Counted from the first letter of the stretch, positions 21,086 through 28,829 are shown. The stretch is 50,515 nucleotides of DNA from Planctomycetota bacterium (GCA_043819695.1 JBDREM010000360.1:1-50515); one strand, 5' to 3'. The notes: generated by a model not told the origin, from the letters alone. Translations and numbers: made by a program.

Positions 21086-21121
21086 TGCGTCGGCCTCCTT
21101 GAAAGGGCGCGAGCCGGCCGC

Positions 21122-22099
21122 TCAGGCCTTCTTGGTGGTCCGGTGCCTGGGCTTCGCGGCGCGTCGCTTCTTCTTCCGCGACGGCTTCACCACGGCCGAC
21201 GACGTCTGCACCATCTTGGCGTCGGCCGGCGGCGCGGCGCGAGACGAGCGCCTCGTCTTCTTACGGGTGGATATCTTCAGCTTCTTGCTGCGAACCTCGA
21301 TCGTCTTCTTCAGCTTCTTCGTCGCCGCCCGTTTGCGCGCCCTGGCCCTGCGGTCACGGTCGCGCTGCTTCTTGACGTGCTTCTCTTCCGCTTCCCTCGC
21401 CGCCCGCTCCTTTTCTTCCTGAATCTGAAGCTGCTTCAGCTTCTCGGCGCCGGTGGGGCAATGCTCGTTTATCGGACAGGCCCGGCAATCGAAATCGTTC
21501 TCGGTGCATATTCGCTCGGCCAGCATCTCGAATGCGTGGAACACCCGCGGGACGGCCGCCTTCGGCACTATACGGCGGAGCGTCTTCATCTGCGAGTCAG
21601 CCGGCCCCGGCTTGATCATCTTCGTCCGCTTCGCAACCCTCAGCAGGCCGGCCCCCTCGGGGAGCTTCTCGCAGCCAAGGTTGGCGAGCAGGAACTCGCC
21701 GGCCACGCGGCTGGGCAGCGGCCTCAGCTTCAGCAGCTTCTTCTTCGCCTTCTCGATGTCCAACTCCAGGATGCTGTCCAGGTTCATCGCCTGCGCGTGG
21801 TTGAAGATCGCCGTAAGCGTATCCGTTACGAGCTTGCCGACGCTCGGGGGGTAGTCCCGGCCCAGCACCTCATCAAGCTCCTCGGGCACACAGACCCGGA
21901 CCTCGTTCAGGTCGACGAACTCACGCTCCAGTCGCTTGATAACACGTTTTCCCTGATCCTCCTTGCCGTCCCTGAGGAGCAGCGTAAGGAGAACCTGCTC
22001 GACCGGCGAATGAGCCCGGTACCGCTCCCGGCGGCCGAACTCTTTTTCCAGTATGGCGAAGATCGTCTTGAACTGCCGAATGGCTGAGATTCTGGCCAC
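21122..22099 (-). CDS. Endonuclease III-like (HhH / [4Fe-4S] loop) protein with highly basic Lys/Arg-rich C-terminal tail
   Basis: GTG start. The body resembles the HhH-GPD superfamily. The cluster loop CTENDFDCRACPINEHC has C-x6-C-x2-C-x5-C spacing. The last ~110 aa are about half K/R (KKQRDRDRRARARKRAATKKLKK...), resembling a histone H1 tail. Confidence 0.7.
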   Translation of the reverse strand: MARISAIRQFKTIFAILEKEFGRRERYRAHSPVEQVLLTLLLRDGKEDQGKRVIKRLEREFVDLNEVRVCVPEELDEVLGRDYPPSVGKLVTDTLTAIFNHAQAMNLDSILELDIEKAKKKLLKLRPLPSRVAGEFLLANLGCEKLPEGAGLLRVAKRTKMIKPGPADSQMKTLRRIVPKAAVPRVFHAFEMLAERICTENDFDCRACPINEHCPTGAEKLKQLQIQEEKERAAREAEEKHVKKQRDRDRRARARKRAATKKLKKTIEVRSKKLKISTRKKTRRSSRAAPPADAKMVQTSSAVVKPSRKKKRRAAKPRHRTTKKA

Positions 22100-22179
22100 G
22101 AGATCTCCCTTGGGACAGATTGTGACAGCCTATTGCTGTATTATAACAGGAACGGAACCGAAGTCAAATCCAAAGGGCA

Positions 22180-22200
22180 AACGTATCAAGGTGATACGTT
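22180..22200. promoter_or_regulatory. Perfect 9-3-9 palindrome AACGTATCA-AGG-TGATACGTT in the divergent promoter region (candidate operator)
   Basis: Read directly. It lies between the EndoIII-like gene (start 22099, minus strand) and the MIPS-like gene (start ~22436, plus strand). Confidence 0.3.
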
Positions 22201-22435
22201 CCTGGCCGGGTGAAGCGGGGCGCCGCTATCTGATACGCTGGTCGCATGTTATGTCCGGCCCACATTCGGCCCGCGCGGCGAACCACCCGGCGCCCTCGAA
22301 CGTTACATATACCCGCATGTGTATGTAGGACAAGAGCGTTTTCGCTTGACCACTGGGAGCGACGTGACTATAGTACGCGCCGCGCTGCCGAACGCGGCGC
22401 GTCCGGTCACGATTATGGCAGCTCGTTCAACAGGG

Positions 22436-23629
22436 ATGGACATGGCGAAGGTCGGCGTTTGGATTCTTGGCGCCTCGGGCTCTGTCGCGACGACGGCAAT
22501 GGCCGGCGCCGTCGCATTGGCCGGGCGCAAGGCCATGCCTACGGGCCTGGTCACCGCTCTGCCGCAGTTCCGTACCGTTAAGTTCTGCACGTTCGAGTCG
22601 ATGGTCTTCGGCGGACACGAGGTCCGCGAGCCCGACCTGCTCGGCGAACTGAAAGCCCTCCACGCCAACTCCGGCCTGCTCTCGCCGGAGATCATCAAGC
22701 TCGCAGCCCCCGCGTTCCGGCGGATCAAGAAGCGCATCCGGCCCGGCACGGCCATTGCCTGCGGCAAACCGGTCGAGAAAATGGTGGCGTTGAACCTCAT
22801 CAGCAGCAAGACCCCGGCCGGCGTCGTCCGGAAGATTCGCCGCGACCTTGAAGATTTCAAGAAGACGACCCGCTGCGACCGGCTCGTTGTGCTGAACCTG
22901 TCGAGCACCGAGCCGCCCTTCAAGCGCCAGGCCTGCCACAGGTCGCTCGGCGCGCTGAAAAAAGCGCTCGCCAAAGCCGGCCCGTCGCCGCTCCCCGCAA
23001 GCTCGCTCTACTGTATGGCCGCGCTCGAACTCGGCGCAGCCTATCTCAACTTCGCGCCCAGCCTCGGCCCCGACGTCCCCGCGTTCGCCGAACTCGCCGA
23101 GCAGACCGGCGGCCTCATGGCCGGGTCCGACGGCAAGACGGGCGAGACGCTCTGCAAGTCCGTCATCGCGCCGCTCTTTGCGATGCGCAATCTCCACATC
23201 CTCAGTTGGGTCGGCCATAACATCTTCGGCAACCGCGACGCCGACGTGCTCGACGACCCCGTCAACAAGGCGAGCAAGCTCAAGAGCAAGGACCACCTCG
23301 TCCGGTCGATCGTCGGCTACTCGCCAGAGACGCTCGTCACCATCGAGAAGATCTCGTCGATGGGCGACTGGAAGACCGCGTGGGACCACGTCCATTACGA
23401 GGGATTCCTCGGCACGAAGATGATCATGCAGTTCATCTGGCAGGGGTGCGACTCGATCCTGGCCGCGCCGCTCGCGCTCGACCTCGTCCGCCTGGCCGCG
23501 CTCGCGCTCGAACGCGGCGAGCGCGGCCTGATGACCCAGACCGCCTGCTTCTTCAAGAGCCCGATCGGCGTCGACGAGCAGGACATGTTCAAGCAGTTCC
23601 AGGCGCTGGAGACGTACCTCGATGCCTAG
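22436..23629 (+). CDS. myo-Inositol-1-phosphate synthase (MIPS)-family NAD-dependent enzyme
   Basis: N-terminal Rossmann block VGVWILGASGSVATT. MIPS-family blocks GSDGKTGETLCKSVIAPLF, SWVGHNIFGNRDADVL, NKASKLKSK and DSILAAPLALDLVRLA are present. The start is ATG at 22436 or 22442; the ORF track begins at 22319. Confidence 0.85.
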   Translation: MDMAKVGVWILGASGSVATTAMAGAVALAGRKAMPTGLVTALPQFRTVKFCTFESMVFGGHEVREPDLLGELKALHANSGLLSPEIIKLAAPAFRRIKKRIRPGTAIACGKPVEKMVALNLISSKTPAGVVRKIRRDLEDFKKTTRCDRLVVLNLSSTEPPFKRQACHRSLGALKKALAKAGPSPLPASSLYCMAALELGAAYLNFAPSLGPDVPAFAELAEQTGGLMAGSDGKTGETLCKSVIAPLFAMRNLHILSWVGHNIFGNRDADVLDDPVNKASKLKSKDHLVRSIVGYSPETLVTIEKISSMGDWKTAWDHVHYEGFLGTKMIMQFIWQGCDSILAAPLALDLVRLAALALERGERGLMTQTACFFKSPIGVDEQDMFKQFQALETYLDA

Positions 23630-24470
23630 CCCGGAAATCATCATCGAGCCGCACATCCACATGCTCTCCCGCACGACCGACGACTATCAGGCCATGTACC
23701 AGGCCGGCATCCGATGCTGCGTCGAGCCCGCATTCTGGCTAGGCACCCCGCGTCACTATCCCGGCACCTTCTACGACTACTTCGACCTGATCCTCGACTA
23801 CGAGACACTGCGCGGCGAACGATTCGGCATCGACCACTACGCCACCATCTCGGTCAATCCCAAGGAGGCCGACGACGCAGGGCTCGCGAGCGACACGCTC
23901 GACGGAATCGCGAGATACTTCGACCACCCCCGCTGCATCGGCGTCGGCGAGATCGGCTTCAACGAGATCACGAAGAACGAAGAGACCGCGTTCGTGCGGC
24001 AGCTCCACATGGCCGAGGAGCGGAAGCTCCCCGTGATGATCCACTCGCCGCACCGCAACAAGCGGAAGGGCGTCGAGCGCACCATCGAGATCCTCAAGGC
24101 CGAAGGTCTAACGATGAAGCGGATCGACATCGACCACAACACCGAGGACACCATCGACCTCGTCGCGCCGCTCGACTGCTGGGCCGGAATGACGGTCTAC
24201 CCCTACAGCAAGCTCGACCCGAAGCGGGTCGTCAATATACTCAAGCACTACGGCGTCGAGCGGATGATGGTCAACTCGTCCGCCGACTGGGGCGTGTCCG
24301 ATCCCACCGCACTCCGCAAGACCGCCGACCACATGGCCGACGCCGGCTTCTCCGACGATGACATCAAGAAGACACTCTTCGACAATCCGCTCGCGTTCTT
24401 CGGCCAGTGCGGCCGCTTCCAGCCGCGCCTCGACCTCGAGCCGCTGCCGATCGAATCATTTCAGCGGTGA
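23622..24470 (+). CDS. TatD-family metal-dependent hydrolase (EboB-like)
   Basis: EPHIHMLSRT (H-x-H), GEIGFNE, MIHSP and DHNTED blocks of the TatD/amidohydrolase fold. The ATG overlaps the upstream gene's stop by 8 nt. Confidence 0.85.
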   Translation: MPSPEIIIEPHIHMLSRTTDDYQAMYQAGIRCCVEPAFWLGTPRHYPGTFYDYFDLILDYETLRGERFGIDHYATISVNPKEADDAGLASDTLDGIARYFDHPRCIGVGEIGFNEITKNEETAFVRQLHMAEERKLPVMIHSPHRNKRKGVERTIEILKAEGLTMKRIDIDHNTEDTIDLVAPLDCWAGMTVYPYSKLDPKRVVNILKHYGVERMMVNSSADWGVSDPTALRKTADHMADAGFSDDDIKKTLFDNPLAFFGQCGRFQPRLDLEPLPIESFQR

Positions 24471-24590
24471 AGCGCGTTCAACGTTCAAAGTCTAATGTCT
24501 AACGTTAGATACTGAACGTCGGGCACGAAACGTTGGGCACCAGATAACGGATGTTGACCACGAAACGTTGAACATTAGACATTAGACGTT
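24471..24590. repeat. Low-GC structured spacer rich in AACGTT words
   Basis: A 13-bp perfect inverted repeat has arms GTCTAATGTCTAA (24490-24502) and TTAGACATTAGAC (24575-24587). A direct repeat CACGAAACGTTG occurs at 24524 and 24559. AACGTT occurs four times. Confidence 0.8.
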
Positions 24591-25466
24591 ATGAGAGTTG
24601 CATTCAGCACCAACGCGTTCACGAAATGCAGCGCCGAGGAGGCGATTGCCTCGATCGCAAAGGCGGGCTACGAGGGCGTCGAACTCATGCTCGATGCGCC
24701 TCATCTGTTCCCAGCCGATGCCACGCCCGAGAAGGTGGCGAGCATACGTAATGCCGCGGCGAGCGCCGGGCTCGCGTTCTCGAATGCGAACGCGTTCCCG
24801 ATGGCCGCCGTCGGCGACACCTGGAACCCTTCGTGGATCGACCCCGATCCCGAAGTGCGCCGGCAGCGCATCCGGCACACGGCCGACGCACTCCGGATCG
24901 CCAGCGACCTCGGCATCCCGAACATCAGCACCGAGCCCGGCGGACAATTGCCCGAAGGAGTGACGCGCGACGACGCGATGAAGCTCTTCGCAGCCGGCGT
25001 CGACGAAGTCCTGCCCGTTGCCGAGGAGACCGGAGTCACGCTCCTCGTCGAGCCCGAGCCGCATCTGCTCATCGAGCGAACGAGCGAGTATCTCGACTTC
25101 GCCGGCCGCATCTCGCACCCGAACCTCGCTCTCAACTTCGACATCGGCCACTTCTACTGCGTCGGCGAGGACCCCGCCGAACAGTTCCGCGTGCTCAGGC
25201 AATATGCGCGGCACGTGCACTTCGAAGACATCGCCGCGTCGCGCGAGCACCGCCACCTCCGGCCCGGCGACGGCGCCATAGACCTGCCCGGCATCGTGCT
25301 GACGATGATCGGCGAGGGCTACAGCGGCTGGATCACCGTCGAGCTCTATCCCTACGAAGACACCCCCTACGAGACCGCCTGCGCCGCGCTCCAATACATC
25401 CGCGAGAACGTAGAGCCTGAATGCCAAGTAACAAAGCCCAAATGCCAAAGCTCAAATAACAAATGA
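24591..25466 (+). CDS. Xylose-isomerase-like TIM-barrel protein (sugar phosphate isomerase/epimerase family)
   Basis: AP_endonuc_2-type pattern: STNAF...AGYEGVEL...LLVEPEP...NFDIGHF...HVHFED...ITVELYP. Confidence 0.85.
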   Translation: MRVAFSTNAFTKCSAEEAIASIAKAGYEGVELMLDAPHLFPADATPEKVASIRNAAASAGLAFSNANAFPMAAVGDTWNPSWIDPDPEVRRQRIRHTADALRIASDLGIPNISTEPGGQLPEGVTRDDAMKLFAAGVDEVLPVAEETGVTLLVEPEPHLLIERTSEYLDFAGRISHPNLALNFDIGHFYCVGEDPAEQFRVLRQYARHVHFEDIAASREHRHLRPGDGAIDLPGIVLTMIGEGYSGWITVELYPYEDTPYETACAALQYIRENVEPECQVTKPKCQSSNNK

Positions 25467-25572
25467 ATGTCAAATCGCCAAATCCCAATGGGAAACCAGG
25501 TCCTGGAGCCGGCTCTCAGGGGCATTCCTTTGGTCCTTCCAGCTTCGGGCTTCATTTGATATTTGAGCTTTG
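25446..25572. repeat. Long-range inverted repeat (21-bp arms, 1 mismatch) spanning the TIM-barrel stop and the UbiA gene leader
   Basis: CAAAGCTCAAATAACAAATGA (25446-25466) pairs with TCATTTGATATTTGAGCTTTG (25552-25572). The loop contains the palindrome CCAGGTCCTGG. Confidence 0.75.
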
Positions 25573-25597
25573 ACATTTGTCATTCCCCGGAGGGGAC

Positions 25598-26287
25598 ATG
25601 GGCAAGTTCGGTTCATGGCTCCGTCTTATCCGCATCGCCGCGCTGCCGACCGCGCTCGCCGACGTCTGGCTCGGCGCGGCGGCCGCCGATCAGTTCAGGA
25701 CGTGGAACGTTCTGTGGCTCAGCCTCATCTCGCTCGCGCTCTACACGGCCGGGATGATCCTCAACGATGTCTGCGACGTCGAGACCGACCGAGCGGAGAA
25801 TCCCGCTCGCCCGCTGCCGAGCGGCCGAATCCCCGTCGGCCTCGCCCGCACAGTCGGCCTGGTGCTGCTGGCCGGCGCCATTGGCGGGGCGCTTGCAGTT
25901 GGCCCGCGGACCGGTGCCACCGCAGCCGTGCTCGCGCTGCTCATCGTCAGCTATGATTTCTTCCTGAAGGCGACCCCCGCCGGCCCGGTGAACATGGGCC
26001 TGTGCCGCGCCTGCAACGTCGCTCTCGGCGCGTCCGTCGCATCGAGTTCTGCGATCATCCCCTTGTATGCGTTGCCCGTTCTTGTCTACGTCATCGCCGT
26101 GACATATCTGTCGCGGCACGAGGCCGGGCGGCCGCTCGTCCGTCGCATCGTGACGCTCGCCCTCGTCGGCATCATTCCGCTCCAGGCGCTCCTTGCAATC
26201 TTGTGTTCCCGTCCCGCGGCGGCGGGGTGTATACTGTTGCTCCTGGTCCCGGTGTTCGTGCTGAAGAAGCTCTCGCACATCACGTAA
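25598..26287 (+). CDS. UbiA-superfamily prenyltransferase (EboC-like)
   Basis: A polytopic membrane protein. The first Asp-rich motif is LNDVCDVETDRAENPARPLPSG (NDxxDxxxD). The ATG at 25598 has a GGAGGGG RBS; the ORF track starts at 25577. Confidence 0.85.
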   Translation: MGKFGSWLRLIRIAALPTALADVWLGAAAADQFRTWNVLWLSLISLALYTAGMILNDVCDVETDRAENPARPLPSGRIPVGLARTVGLVLLAGAIGGALAVGPRTGATAAVLALLIVSYDFFLKATPAGPVNMGLCRACNVALGASVASSSAIIPLYALPVLVYVIAVTYLSRHEAGRPLVRRIVTLALVGIIPLQALLAILCSRPAAAGCILLLLVPVFVLKKLSHIT

Positions 26288-26299
26288 CGGGAGGCGAAG

Positions 26300-27124
26300 G
26301 TGCTGATCGGATACAACACGAACGGCTTCGCGTTTCATCGGCTCGATGATGCGATCCAGATCATCGCCGACCTCGGCTACCAGTGCGTGGCGATCACGGT
26401 CGACCAGCACGCGCTCAATCCGTACGACGACATCGCCGCGCATGTCGAGAAGGCGCGGGCGCGGTTGAACGCGCTCGGCCTCTCGTCCGTCATCGAGACC
26501 GGCGCGCGGTTCCTGCTCGATCCGAGGCGGAAGCACCATCCGACATTGCTCGACCGCCGCGGCGCGGGCCGCGAACGGCGAATGGACTTCCTCAAGCGCT
26601 GCGTCGACATCGCCGAAGGGCTCGGATCGCTCGCCGTCAGCTTCTGGTCCGGTGCACTCGCTCCCGGACAGAGGGAGCGTGCGGCTTTCGATCTGCTGAG
26701 CAAGGCGTGCGCTGAACTGAGCGACTACGCCGCCGGGCGGGGCGTCGTGCTCGCGTTCGAGCCGGAGCCCGGGATGTTCGTCGACACGCTTGCGAAATAC
26801 GATCGCCTCGCCGAGGCCGTCGGCCGCGACAACTTTCGGCTCACCATCGACGTCGGGCATCTGCAATGCAACGAGGCCGACGCGCCCGGCGATTTGATCC
26901 GCCGATACGCGCCGCGGCTCGCGAACGCGCACCTCGACGACATGTGCCGCGGCGCCCACGATCACCTATTCTTCGGTGAGGGCGAAGTCGATTTCGGGCC
27001 GGTCTTTGCAGCGCTCAAGGCGGCGGAGTATGACGGCCCGGCGTGTGTCGAGCTCTCGCGCCACAGTCACAACGCCGTCGACATTGCCGAAAGAGCGAAG
27101 CAGTTCCTCGACCGCTTCGGCTGA
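26300..27124 (+). CDS. Xylose-isomerase-like TIM-barrel protein (EboE-like)
   Basis: GTG start after GGGAGG. GYNTNGF...LAFEPEPG...TIDVGHL...HLDD...CVELS pattern. Confidence 0.85.
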   Translation: MLIGYNTNGFAFHRLDDAIQIIADLGYQCVAITVDQHALNPYDDIAAHVEKARARLNALGLSSVIETGARFLLDPRRKHHPTLLDRRGAGRERRMDFLKRCVDIAEGLGSLAVSFWSGALAPGQRERAAFDLLSKACAELSDYAAGRGVVLAFEPEPGMFVDTLAKYDRLAEAVGRDNFRLTIDVGHLQCNEADAPGDLIRRYAPRLANAHLDDMCRGAHDHLFFGEGEVDFGPVFAALKAAEYDGPACVELSRHSHNAVDIAERAKQFLDRFG

Positions 27125-27137
27125 GCAGGCCAAACCC

Positions 27138-27185
27138 GAACATGTCACTTTTCAGTAACACCTGTTACTGAAAAGTGACATGTTC
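27138..27185. terminator. Perfect 23-bp stem / 2-nt loop hairpin (possible terminator or processing signal; no U-tract)
   Basis: GAACATGTCACTTTTCAGTAACA-CC-TGTTACTGAAAAGTGACATGTTC, 14 nt after the stop at 27124. Confidence 0.5.
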
Positions 27186-27270
27186 GCGGAGCAAGGCCGA
27201 GCCGTGATCTTGCACTTGTGGGTAACAGGTGGGGCTGCTAAAGGGCTCGCCCGCTCACAGAGCGGGCCTA

Positions 27271-27340
27271 CAAAAAGCCCCAGAACGCCGCGAAACGGTT
27301 GTTCCTGTAGGCCGACTTTGTAAGTCGGCGGTTCCCTGCG
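27271..27340. repeat. Copy 1 of a ~70-bp dispersed intergenic repeat with an internal hairpin (GCCGACTT-TGT-AAGTCGGC)
   Basis: The reverse complement aligns at roughly 85-90% identity with 37537-37595. Confidence 0.8.
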
Positions 27341-27401
27341 CGCTTTTCAACAGCCCCAGGTGCTATCCAAGGGCGCCAAATTCGCTGGGAGAGGTGAAGG
27401 G

Positions 27402-28736
27402 ATGCCAGGCCACATCGTCGTCATCGATCTCGTCGGTGCGGTGCCGAAGCACTTCGACCGGCCGGCGCTGTTCCCGGAGCTTGCGGCGATCTTCCGCACG
27501 GGCGGCGTCCGCGCGCTCGAACCGGTCTTCCCCGCGCTCACCTGCCCGGTCCAGGTGAGCATGACGACCGGCACGCTGCCGTCGCAGCACGGGATCATCG
27601 CGAACGGCCTTTTCGACCGGGCCGAGCGCAAGCCGACGCTCTGGACCTGGCCGGGCTCGAAGATCGAGCGGCCGCCGGTCTGGGAGATGCTCCGCAAACG
27701 CATGCCGCGCGCGAGGTCGGCCGTGATGTTCTTCCAGGGCCTGAAGGCGACGACGGCCGACATCTACCTGAACCCGCATCCGAAGCACACGTCCGACGGC
27801 AAGACGATCCCGTGGTGCGACTCGGGCCCCGCCGGCCTCTACGAGCGGCTCGCCGAGAAGCACGGCCACTTCCCGCTTCACAAGTACTGGGGGCCGATGG
27901 CCGGCATCGAGTCGAGCGAGTGGATTCTTAACGCGTCACTTCGCGCGCTCGCGGAGTTCCGGCCGGAGCTCTCGCTGGTCTATGTGCCGCACCTCGATTA
28001 CGCCGGCCAGCGCTGCGGTCCGGACAGTGCCGAGTTCGCCGCCGAGGCGAGGCGTATCGACAGCCTGGTCGCTCAGTTCATTCGCGACCTGGGCAAGGCG
28101 TTCGCGCCTTCGAAGCCGGCGGTCGTGCTCGTGTCGGAGTACGCGATGGTGCCGGTGTCGCGGGCGGCGCTGCCGAACGTCGCTCTGCGCGACGCCGGGC
28201 TGCTGTCGGTTACGGAAGAGGAGAGCGGCGAGCTGCTCGACCTCGACGCGAGCAAGGCGTTCGCGATGGTCGATCACCAGGTGGCGCACGTCTACGCTGA
28301 TGATGACGCGGCCGACGATGCGGCGGCCGCGCTCGGCGAGCTGCCCGGCGTCGCCGAGGTCTGCCGCGGCGAGCGGCGGACCAGCCTGGGCGTCGCGCAC
28401 CCGAACTCGGGCGAACTGGTCCTGCTGGCCGAGCCGGACGCGTGGTTCGCCTACTACTGGTGGCACGATTCGGCGAAGGCGCCGGCGTTCGCGCGCACGG
28501 TCGACATTCACCGGAAGCCGGGCTATGATCCGGTCGAGCTGTTCATCGATCCGGCGACGAAATCTATCCCGCTCGACCCGGGCCTCGTCCGCGGGAGCCA
28601 CGGCCTGCCGCCGAAGGGTCCCGGCGACTGCGGCGTGCTGGCCGTCAGCGGCCCGCCCATCCCGGCCACCGGGCCGCTCAACGCCGCCGCACTCGCACCC
28701 ATCCTCCTCGATCTCGTTGTGCGCACAGGGGATTAG
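27402..28736 (+). CDS. Alkaline-phosphatase-superfamily nucleotide pyrophosphatase/phosphodiesterase (EboF-like)
   Basis: VIDLVG...FPALTCPVQVSMTTGTLPSQHGIIANG (metal/nucleophile Thr block of type I phosphodiesterases), then YVPHLDYAGQ and GSHG. The ATG at 27402 follows GAGAGGTGAAGG. Confidence 0.85.
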   Translation: MPGHIVVIDLVGAVPKHFDRPALFPELAAIFRTGGVRALEPVFPALTCPVQVSMTTGTLPSQHGIIANGLFDRAERKPTLWTWPGSKIERPPVWEMLRKRMPRARSAVMFFQGLKATTADIYLNPHPKHTSDGKTIPWCDSGPAGLYERLAEKHGHFPLHKYWGPMAGIESSEWILNASLRALAEFRPELSLVYVPHLDYAGQRCGPDSAEFAAEARRIDSLVAQFIRDLGKAFAPSKPAVVLVSEYAMVPVSRAALPNVALRDAGLLSVTEEESGELLDLDASKAFAMVDHQVAHVYADDDAADDAAAALGELPGVAEVCRGERRTSLGVAHPNSGELVLLAEPDAWFAYYWWHDSAKAPAFARTVDIHRKPGYDPVELFIDPATKSIPLDPGLVRGSHGLPPKGPGDCGVLAVSGPPIPATGPLNAAALAPILLDLVVRTGD

Positions 28737-28748
28737 CGACACTACCTT

Positions 28749-28829
28749 CCTAATCTTACTCTTAATCCTAATCCTAATCGTGCTCTCAGACAGAAAGGGA
28801 TCAGGATTAAGATCAGGATTAAGATTAGG
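28749..28829. terminator. Inverted repeat built from CCTAAT/TTAATC words between convergent genes (candidate bidirectional terminator)
   Basis: CCTAATCTTACTCTTAATCCTAATCCTAATC (28749-28779) pairs with GATCAGGATTAAGATCAGGATTAAGATTAGG (28799-28829). The arms are imperfect, with an indel. Confidence 0.45.
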
